Positions 50,311 through 60,660 of a stretch of 64,000 nucleotides of DNA are shown here, in pieces. Within the stretch, counting starts at the first letter, position 1. Each line of letters begins with the position of its first letter. Under the pieces are notes generated by a model. The model was not told the DNA's origin, did not search any database, and saw nothing but the letters and a program-made list of their open reading frames with translations. This stretch comes from Macrostomum lignano (lineage: Eukaryota). The stretch is taken from NCBI GenBank assembly GCA_002269645.1, contig NIVC01000065.1, positions 1-64,000 of the forward strand. Reading direction: 5' to 3'. The position numbers were made by a program, and so were the translations under genes.

Positions 50311-53300
50311 GAATCAGATCTAAGCAGAGTGTAATTAATGAAAAATGCTTCAAATTCCATTAGTTATGAAGGCGTTTTAAAGTTCCTTCATACTACAAAA
50401 TTGTCAGTTCTGTCAAAGTGCCCTTTATTTTATCTGACATTAATTTTTTCTTAATTTTGGATCCACTATATCTATTAATTCTAAAACTGTACTGTACACC
50501 TCACAGCCACTCAAAGACCATTTAAGTCAAATATTTTAAATCACTGATGCCTTTCTGCATCAGAAAAATAACACTAGCAGTTCGATGCAAGTGCCTCCCC
50601 ATTTCCAAAGCAATTTTTGCTAATCCCAAACCATAATAATGCAATCCTCACTGGTCGTATTGCTCACATTACATTGAGAACCAAGTGCTTACTTACCATC
50701 GAATTTGAGTCTGAGCTACCACGATGAGCAGGAGAAATGCAAGTAGTTGTTTGCTGCACATCTGAAGCAGATTTTAATAAAATGCTACTGAAAAATTGCT
50801 AGAACTAATAAACTAATTACCTAATCAACTACTGCTATTTGCAGACTAACTAAACAGACAATTTACAATTACAAAGCAATTTTTAAACGTTAAAAAGCAA
50901 TCAAATGTGTATTATAACAACAAAAAATAAGACTCTAAAGACTTGTGCTAATTTGAATTCCGCAGGGTTTTGGCCAGTGCCGATAGAAAGTTACACCCTC
51001 AGAATTCAAACACCAATCTGATGTCGGCTGAAATATTCCAAGAAATGCGATACATACAGCTCTGAATCCCTCCCTCATGCGCGCACTTTTCAGATAATGC
51101 CCACTGCGCTGCCTTTCCGTCTTCTGTCGGGAGTGTCTGGCAGAGAGGCGCCAGACTGTTTTGCGCGGGCGCTGTAATGCCTGCTACAAAGCACGTTATT
51201 GTTTCCATCTTTAGTCAGTCCATTGCTGGCTACACTGTACAGTGTAAATTTTCTGAGTAGTATACTTTCAGGAGAGTGTAGCCTATGACAGTACCAAACA
51301 CCGTCTTTCTACAAACAAACGAATGCACTTGACAGTTTAGTAGGCTACGTCTACACTGCATGCACTGTACAGAGTTGGTGGACATTCGCAAATTGGAGCG
51401 ATATTTTTGTTTATCTCGATTGGCTAGGATTATTTTTTGGTCAGGTGGTGGGGATCTGAAGACAGGTGGACTTGATTGACTTGACTCGGCTTAGCTGCAG
51501 AGGCTATGTCGTACACTGCATGCACTGTACAGAGTTGGTAATGTGTGGGGATTTGTAGACAGGTGGACTTGGCTTGGCTTGTCTTAGCTGTAGGGGGCAC
51601 CAACTGCAGAATAATCTAGAACACCCGTTTCGCGAGCCCCTGACGACAGATAGCTACCATCGAAGTGATGTCGCTCAGGGGGGGGGGTCAAGTGTCTCGC
51701 CTACAGCGCGGTCCTTTTCACCGGCGGTGGGGAAGAATTCAGCTCGTCCCGTATCCCTGAGGTACCGGGTGAGCAGCGGTATTCTCTCGGGCTTGCGAAC
51801 ATCGGAGAGAACCGCGTTTGGCCAGACTTGAGTGAGTCTGGCCTGGTGAAGACCACCCGGTAGTGCCAGACAAAGTGCTCAGCGTTTTCACTGGGTCAGC
51901 GATAAAAGTGGTGAGAAAAGATACCTTCGGTTGAGCCTAAGGAGGGGGGGACAGGGGACGGCTTTAAGACAGTTGAAGAAGGTGAAGACTAGCATAGATG
52001 GCACAGACCCCTGTTCCATTAGGAGTCACTATTTCATGTGAGTACAAGTGAGTCATTAGCGCAGCCCTCTATGGTGCAGTTTCGCTTTCAATTAGCTACT
52101 TTTGCTGGGTTGAATCACTGAGTTACACATCGTGAAATGTGACAGGAATGTGACAGATTTTTGTAGCAGATGATGCTCATTATACTATAAGACATTTACA
52201 TGAAATTCATCCATAAGTGCAGTTTAATTTAGCGGTACAATTATCCAAAAATGACAAACTAAAAGAAGCGTCATTTCAAAAATAAAAGAAGCATTATGTC
52301 GAAAAAAAACGATTAATTTGAGAATTGCTGTGATGTTAGGGCTTAGGGGGGGGAATTGATTAGATGTCAAGACTTAGGAGGGAATCGATGGGAGTTCAAG
52401 GCTTAGGGGAAATTGATGAGATTTGAATGCTTAGAGGGGAATCGATGAGATGTCAAGGCTTAGGGGAAATTGATGAGATGTCAAGGCTTAGGGGGAGTTG
52501 ATGAGATGTCAAGGCTTAGAGGGGAGTTGATGAGATGTCAAGGCTTAGAGGGGAATTGATGAGATGTCAAGGCTTAGAGGGGAATTGATGAGATGTCAAG
52601 GCTTAGGGGAAATTGATGAGATGTCAAGGCTTAGGGGGAGTTGATGAGATGTCAAGGCTTAGAGGGGAGTTGATGAGATGTCAAGGCTTAGAGGGGAATT
52701 GATGAGATGTCAAGGCTTAGAGGGGAATTGATGAGATGTCAAGGCTTAGAGGGGAATTGATGAGATGTCAAGGCTTAGAGGGGAATTGATGAGATGTCAA
52801 GGCTTAGAGGGGAATTGATGAGATGTCAAGGCTTAGGGGGAATTGATGAGACGTCAAGGCTTAGAGGGGAATCACTGCGATGTCAAGACTTACAGTGGAA
52901 TTGCTGAGATGTTAAGACTGAAAGTTCAGAAGCGACATGCATTTTATTCAAAAATATTTATTCTTCTTTTTGTTGGCTCCCCAACGGGGAGAGCGATTGC
53001 TAGTATAAGCTAAAATTATTGAACGCTTTCTCTATACGTGCGCAGGTACTACTCACACGAGTAATAACGTTGACAAATTCTCTTTGAGTACCAGGGTCGG
53101 TCCAGCCTTCTATCGTCACTTTTACCGATTCAGACAGAATGAAAATTCAACGATATCAATTCGAATTTAGAATGCAGAACAAGTTTCTCATAGCGTCTTC
53201 CGCTGTAACACAGATTCCACTCTGCAAGACTACAACAGCCGAGCCCCAAGAGACATCACCTCCCAAGCCACAAAATTCGAAAAGTTAAATAAAGTATTGC

Positions 53301-53707
53301 CAACCACCTTCAGCAAACATAAAAGTACAACCCATTGAACAAACCAAAATACACATTAAATATTCCCAGCGAATACCAACCGAAAAACTGGGGAGACAAC
53401 GGAACTGTCAACGTCACAACTTAGCACAAGAACTCAACTAACATTGATATCAGTAGTTTGTCAAAAGTGCGAAAATCCTATCCTTGGTTATAAAGTAAAT
53501 TCTGTAAAAAATACGCAAAAAATACAAAGCGTACAAAAGTTACACCTCAGAAAGAGGGCTGTACGGAGTAAACAGCGTTCTGTAAAACATAGGCAAAAAT
53601 ACAAGGGGTACAAAAGTTACACCTCAGAAAGAGGGCTGTACGGAGTAAACAGCCTTTCTATAAAAATATGAGTATGCAACTCGGGTTCGTTTTTAGCAGC
53701 AGCAAAG

Positions 53708-56500
53708 TCAGAGCCTTGACCCACCCTCTGCACCCGTTTCAGTCCAGATCGGAACATCTGAAACGGAAAATTCAAATAAAAACTTGTCAATATCTGTCTT
53801 TGCAAGCTGAGTTAGAATATAAATAAAAGCATAATTATGGACACAACACAAGTACTGTAAACCAACCTTACGGATTCTTGAGTGGCACATGCACACACTA
53901 CTAATAGCAAAAGTTATGTACAGCGCGATCAGGAAAGCGACGATTAACTTCTGTCCAGATTTGCCAGTTGTCCGGGAGTTCGGTGGAATTCTGTGGATGG
54001 AGTTTGCCCCACATACTCGTAATTGATGTACATGTAGCCAACAGTTTCTTGTTCTCACTTTGCCCGACACTGAACCGACTGGAGTCTCGCTGAAGCTGAG
54101 CAGTGAGAGCATCTTCGCTCTGCATGAGCAGCTGTGCAGCCCAGCTCTGCCTTCAGGATCAACTTGCAAGGCTGTGCACCGAGTGTCGGCAGTGAGATTT
54201 CTACAGCCAGTGAAAAGCAGGGATGTAATCATTTATCATTCTGCTTGATCTTTTCCATTCAGTGAGCGAGTGTTCAACCTATGACGAGGTTAATTATTTG
54301 GTGTTATATCAATAAATTGTGTAAGATAGAAAATCTGCTGACCCTTTAACTGTCAGATCTGAAGCGGCAGTTGAGTTGAAACGTTCCCGTGAGCACAAGC
54401 TGCTAGTGAAGTTGAAATGGACAGAAAAAGTCCTTAAGGCAGAACAGCGAACAACTCCCACTCTTGCTTGTTTGCTCAAGTTCAGCGGCTTGAGAAATGG
54501 GTATTGTTCGGCCCTGCGTTCGTCTGAAATTGAGAAAAGCAGCAGCTCAGCACTGTACCCATGAGCAATGACCAGCATGAGCAGCAGCTCAGCACTGTAC
54601 CCGTGAGCAATGACCAGCATGAGCAGCAGCTCAGCACTGTACCCATGAGCAATGACCAGCATGAGCAGCAGCTCAGCACTGTACCCATGAGCAATGACCA
54701 GCATGAGCAGCAGCTCAGCACTGTACCCATGAGCAATGATCAGCATGAGCAGCAGCTCAGCACTGTACCCATGAGCAATGACCAGCATGAGCAGCAGCTC
54801 AGCACTGTACCCATGAGCAATGACCAGCATGAGCAGCAGCTCAGCACTCACTGTCCCTCATCAGCTCATCCAGCTGCTCCATCCCGGAGATCGCAGCCAG
54901 CTCAACTCCAGTTCCGCTCAGATCCGACAGCCGCAGCTCCGAGTCGGAGATGAAGAGGCAGCGACCCCGATGCAGCAGCATGTGTCTGCCGCAGAAGCCC
55001 TTCTTGGCCACCGCGATGGTCAGCTCGATGCGACCGCAGCTCGCGCTCGGCTCGGAGTCGCCCGTCGAGAACCGGACCGTCAGCAGCTGCGAGCTGTTGA
55101 AGAGATGGGCATGTAGACATCATTACGAGCTCTAGAGTGCATTTTATAATCAGCCACAGGCTTAAAGTGTTTATACTATGGAACTCACTTGTGCATTACT
55201 GACACGATAAATGGAGCCTTTGGAAGATTCGTTCCATTCCTCCAGGTCTTGCGGAACTCCGTGTCTTTAAGCGGTATATAGCCGATCTAAAGTCAATTTC
55301 TTAAAGTCATACGTACTTTTGAACTCATATATTTTGCTTTCCAAAAACTTTGCTTCTGTGACAAGCTTTCTAAGAACTGTCGTTATGCGAAAAAATTCCT
55401 AGCCACTTCGTTGCACTGAACTCGTCATCTCGTCTGAGAGCTCTGAGATCTCTCATCTATCGACAACTCTGATATGTAAAACTCTCAGCTGTCTTCTACG
55501 GAGATATTAGGATTTTTTCTGAATGAATATCTGCTAAGCGTCGTCAAAAGAATGGGTGAAGAAGCTTTAACATCTGGGACCACTCATCACGGAGAATGGG
55601 ACACCGGAGGAAGAGATCAGAATTCGAATCTAGGCGTCTCAACCAGCTCAATGATAAGGCTTGATGAACTTCACAAAGGCGGTCATTTGAGTAACACTGC
55701 TCTGTGGTTGCGAGAGCTGAACTCTGGGGAAGAGAAGTGTGGAGACATTCAAAGCATTTGAAATGAAATACTACATAAGAGTGCAAAGGATTTCATGAAA
55801 AGAGAAAAAGACAAATGTCTGGTTTCCGAGAAAAATGGAGGAGGTATAGGGATAGGAACCAGAACATGTGGAGGAGATCATCAAGCAGACAAAGCTAAAA
55901 TATTACTGACATCAGACGTGGCAGAAGGGAGATATCTGTATTCAAGGCAAGAAGAAGGAAGAAATGACGGCTACGGCAAAGAAGAAAAACAAGAAGGTTC
56001 GTCAGAATGGTTCACTGACTATCGTAGCCTCTTCACTTGTGCCTATGCAGCTGGCACCCTACAGAAGCTATTCAGTTGAGGTGGCAATTCTCGCAGGCCC
56101 GCCTCCTAATTCCTAATTTGATACTGATTGCTTCCGTGTCGCTGCCATCAATGCTGCGGAGCCCCTATAACTCACCTTTCAGCTCCGCTGTCAGCTCAGA
56201 CGGACATCCGGGTCCGCTTGCAGCAGCACCCGGTCGGCGGTGGCCGAGCCGAAGCGACAGCATGAGCTGCAGCGGCTGAGTCATGCGGCCCAGCCTCACC
56301 TCCCAGCTGCATCGCTGCGATGAGATGAGTCCGTTCACCTCCCTGTGGTTGGTGAGCAGAGTCTCAGGCTGGTCTGAGTCAGCGTTCATTGAGAATGCCT
56401 TGATGCTGTCCTGGATGCAGTAGTGGTGAGCAGCCTCGCAGCTGATGATGAAGAGGCTGACAAACGCTGGAGCTGCGAGAAGCGGCCAGCTCCAGGCCAT
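53708..56500 (-). CDS. Receptor copy 4, apparently intact: complement join(53708..54200,54343..54523,54852..55093,55189..55264,56176..56500), 438 aa
   Basis: Clear signal peptide MAWSWPLLAAPAFVSLFIISCEA, CUB-like C...CSWEV, 76-nt exon B and 242-nt exon C as in copies 2/3, TM LIVAFLIALYITFAISSVCMC; all introns GT-AG. Confidence 0.75.
55555..56020 (+). mobile_element. Decayed RTE-clade LINE fragment in intron A-B of copy 4
   Basis: HLGPLITENGTPEEEIRIRI and LLCGCES*TL...FKAFEMKYY...IS*KEKKTN match the RTE RT C-terminal consensus. Confidence 0.7.
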
Positions 56501-58219
56501 TGCGTGGCGGATGTTTCAGCCAAAGCAATCCATCAAGCTTGGCTAGTGGACTCTATAACACTTTAAAAAATAAAACCTATGTCATTCCTCCATGTAGTTT
56601 TAGATGTCACAGTTTTGCAGATCGAGTAGAATATGGGTAGCTTGCACTCGACTTTATCGAGTAAGTGGGCACTGATAACCAGTATCCAGTGTGGTATACA
56701 AATGCAGTTCTGGGTTAAGGAGTACAACGATTGAAACTATTGTGGCCTTCGTACGACAACAGTACGGCATTGCTATGGCTTGCTGTAGTGTTGAACGCCA
56801 ATTGATGATTTTGATCTGCAATTTTATTCAATCGCTATAGTAGTATTGAATGCATAGAACCTACAAATCGCTCTTCTCAGATTGATAGATCAATAAATTA
56901 TCCCTACATTAGTCAATGCTTAGTGTTCCTACTAATGAGTAGTCTGCTGCCACTATATTCCAAATTCGAAATAGAAGATTAACATGCAACAACTCGATGA
57001 TAATTGTCAATGAGGACAGGCGAATATACAAGCAGGTTTGTCTCATACTACTCTAGCTCCAATTTTTTAGCTCGTGACAATAAAATCATACATATGGTAA
57101 ACTCGAAGAATCTGTAGCCTTAAACATCAGAGATGCTGTCAAATGATCTGGTCTCAGCACAGTGCTACATAGACGGGAGAGGGGAGAGTGGGAGAGAGCT
57201 GAGAGGGGAGAGGAGAGAAGTGAAGAGAGCTGACAAGAGCCATGAAGCACTTATTGGTGAGGAGAACGGCACTGCAGGCGAGACCGACAGGTTACGCCTT
57301 AACGACATCACTCCTGTGGAAGTTTTTGGTCACCAGGTGCTAGCGGAATGGGCGGCCTCCTCCGTCTCCTCGCTGCAGCCGCGGGTCGGTGTCCATTTCA
57401 GTCCTGTTCCTTATTCTGTTCTTAGGCGTAATTTAAAAAATAACTTGACACAGCTGACTTCTTCACTCTCACAGTTTGATGACAAATTTCAAACTTGCCG
57501 AAAATTCTTTCTTCTATTTTATTGTGTTTTCACTTCTTGCATTATCTACGAGTACAGCCAGTTCTGGCGGAAATTGAACAGGTTGCCTAAAAAGGCTTCA
57601 CCAGTCTACAATTCACAAGATGTACAGCACTTGCTGAGTGATACTTGTATTAAATACTGAAATATTAAAATTGCTTTCACTCTGTTGCCGTATCAGAAAT
57701 TTACCATTTTTTTACCAATTTACAGTTTGGCAGAAAAGAGGCGTGAAATTTAAAATGCTTTAATCATGCCATTCATTACGCCATGCATTCATTAAAAAGC
57801 TACGTAAGAGGATAAAATATGTAATAATAATAAATGCGTGAAAAAGGTACACAGCTAATCTCTAAGATAGAAATTGCACTGTTACTTTTTGACAAAAAAT
57901 GCAATACATGTACTGATGAAGAGTTGATTCGGGAGGTGATCAGTCTCCCGAAAACTCCCACTTCCAGACACTTAAGCCTGGGAACAAAGTCAGTGATCAC
58001 TTACTGTTGCGGGTTCCTCTTCTTTGTCGCGCGCGTCTGTAGAGCTCGTCTCCGTAGAGCTGTTCCTCCCGGGGTAGTCTTCTTGAAGTCTAGAATCGGC
58101 CGAAGGTGAGAGCGTAACAATAAAATCGACGTCGCAGCATTTCTCGAACGCAAATCAATACAGGCCTTAAACTCAGTAATCAATATCTACGATACGCCCT
58201 TAAAATAAAATCTACTTTC

Positions 58220-59003
58220 TGTAATAATAACGAGGTCCTCCAAGAGGGGCGTCTTCTTCTAGAATTAACAGAATCGGAGTCGTGTGCTCCTATCGGTTAA
58301 TCTAGGATAACCAAATCAATCAACTCGATAATCCTCTAAGGGTATCGGAATCGGTCCGCAGATCCTATCCAATCCCTTAGGAAAATTGGAGGCCTCAAAT
58401 TCAATAGTCTCAGTGAAATCAACTGAACAGTAACGGCCGGCAATAAATCGCTCTCAAAAAATCAATTCAATAACAAAGGCTCGAACAAGAGCTTACCGAA
58501 CGGTAGGTAGTTCCTCAGAGATGTAGCCTCGCTTAGCTGTTGCAGCAAGCTCCAAGATCTTCAGAGGCTGCTCCGAGTCTGAGATTTTTAGCTCGGACTT
58601 TTGCTTGTATTTATAGGAAAAATTCTTGAACAACAGATTATTTTTAGTAGGTGACAGTTTAGCGCTTTGGAAATTGACCCCTATGGAATACATTAGCTTT
58701 GAGCGCCGATACCATATTCGGAGTTCTAAATTTAAATGTTGCAAAAGATGGTCATTTGTTGCTTTCGTGGTCTTAAAAATAGAGTGTGACAATTTGCAGT
58801 TTTTAGCGTTCAGGTTTTTTGCATCTTTATGTTGCTACTTATAGTAGTCTACTTTGTATCTTATCTGGAGATCCCTACAGCCACTCTATTCGCTACTGAG
58901 CAATTTCTCTTGGACTATTCTGAAATAAAAGATGTGAGAAAACTAATCGGGGTAGTTTTAATCCGTTTAACCTTCGCACACCGCTCCCCCCACTTCATTC
59001 CTC
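58220..59003 (-). mobile_element. Possible 3' LTR remnant (58220-58980) with polypurine tract
   Basis: Minus strand: purine tract GAGGAATGAAGTGGGGGAGCGG directly before TGT...ACA ends, with TATA-like ctataaata inside; no TSD or second LTR found. Confidence 0.4.
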
Positions 59004-59474
59004 AACTCGAGTCTGCCGCGGCGTAGCTGAGTTGCGTCACTCGCAAGATTGAGAGACTTTAACCTGCACTCTCAAAAGTGGCGACCACAGACCGAATCTT
59101 CTGTGATGGCGACTTTTCAATGTTGCTTAGTATACATTTATGTATATTTTACGTCTGAATAAGCATTGTTTAATTCGTTTACAAAAAAAGTTTTGTTTAG
59201 GTCATTACCCAATGCAGACAAAGACAAAAAAGACAAAAAGCACGAATATTAGCAACTACGAGTAAAACGACCAGAAAAAATATTAATTAAAAAACAGCAA
59301 AATAAAAATTTGTATTGCATCTTCAGTGATCGAGGCAATTAAACAGGTGTCATGACAAGCATGCAAAAAGCAAGCGTTATATTTTCATAGAAAATTCCTG
59401 CAGAAGGGATTGCTGAATAATAAATGAGATATTGCACACTTTACTCGTATAGTTTCCTTAGAGTAGTATAATAA

Positions 59475-59695
59475 GGTCGCCATCATAAATTCGAAAAATC
59501 ACAACTCCGAAAAGACTTCCCATCACAAACCCGAAATATCAAACCCGAAATATCATAACTCCGAAAACCAAAATAGTGTTGGACATTGCTAGAACTTTCG
59601 TAGTTATGATATTTCGGGTTTATGATGGGCAATTGTTTTTGTTTTCCAAGATATGATATTTTGGTTTTGTGATTTTTCGGTTTTGTAATGCCCCC
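59475..59695. mobile_element. Mutator-like fold-back MITE
   Basis: Imperfect long inverted arms (cgaaaaatcacaa / ttgtgatttttcg; cccatcacaaacccgaaatatc / gatatttcgggtttatgatggg), G...C ends, flanks gtataataa and gtataatag. Confidence 0.7.
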
Positions 59696-60300
59696 GTATA
59701 ATAGTTACGTTGATAGTTTGTGCTTTCTTAGAAATTGCCATGTTTAAATAATCGCCTAAATTTTCGTTTAACTGTTTAACTTATAATTTATTCATATTCT
59801 GTAAGCAAAATTTGTTAGAATTTTTCTCAAAGAATAGTATAAACTGAAGACCGAGAAGGGGCTAGAAGAACCAACTCACCTACTCACCGCTCGCTTATAT
59901 TCTTCCAACTTTGTAAAGTTAATTAAACTCGATATTTGCAGTTTTAAAAGACTTTGATCATTTCCTTTGAAACCCCAAAATTAGGCGAATTGAGAACCAT
60001 TTAGAAACGAGACATATCTCAGTAGTCTGCAGTAAACAATCGCCTTAGAGCGGTATAAATCACCTACAGCCATGAATCCCATATGGGAGCAAATAGGAAA
60101 AAAGGAACAGGGTTGACAGCCCCACATATAGCCGCTCAGGCCAGTAAATAGTACAGTACATAGTACACACCTAGCACTAGCACAACTTTGGTGGCATTGG
60201 TGAAATTTTAGTGTCAACGGTAATTTTAGTGTCCAGTGCTACTACAACTTTAGTGTCAGCTTTTTGGGATTATTTTCAAAGACAGAACGATACCCCTACT

Positions 60301-60500
60301 CAGTGGCGGGTCTAGAGTTTCATTTTGGGGAGAGGGCGGTCCAAGTTTGGGGCGCCAGCACGAGTATAAGGGGCGCCAGTTTTTAAGCTAGGGGCGCAAA
60401 AATGCATATAGAGGGAGAAAAATCAAGATTAGGGGCGCAGTAAATGCGTGTAGGGGGCGAAAAGTCAAGCTTAGGGGCGCAAGAAGTGCGTGCGTGTATG
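60301..60500. mobile_element. One end of a probable hAT-type MITE (CAGTGGCGG.TCTAG plus ggggcgc subterminal repeats)
   Basis: Typical terminus motif and repeated AGGGGCG units; the other terminus was not found. Confidence 0.4.
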
Positions 60501-60660
60501 GAGGTTAAACTCCAATATGTTGCCAATCTATCCATCTGTGATAGATCCTGGCACCGATTTATACGGACCCAATCTCTCACTATTTAAAGTACTGTCTGGG
60601 TGGCTTGCCTAGCGTTTAGTTCATTCCTCGTGCTAATAACTTTGTTTTACTGCCTTAAAA

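Noticed and set aside
56030-56115. Candidate exon B just after exon A in copy 4 (RELPPQ) and copy 5 (62830-62900)
   Set aside because: All acceptors lead to stops; better 76-nt exons B were found at 55189-55264 and 61908-61983.
57133-57660. 175-aa ORF
   Set aside because: Starts with CTG, includes a GA-rich low-complexity tract, and has no recognisable domain or coding-like composition.
57910-57965. CTGATGA...GGGAG/CTCCC-GAAA hammerhead-like string on the + strand
   Set aside because: Eleven extra bases between the core and the stem, and no helix I/III pairing.
59070-59095. AAAAGTGGCGACC as a primer-binding site of a + strand LTR element
   Set aside because: No clear LTR end or gag ORF follows, and it conflicts with the minus-strand PPT/LTR reading; left unresolved.
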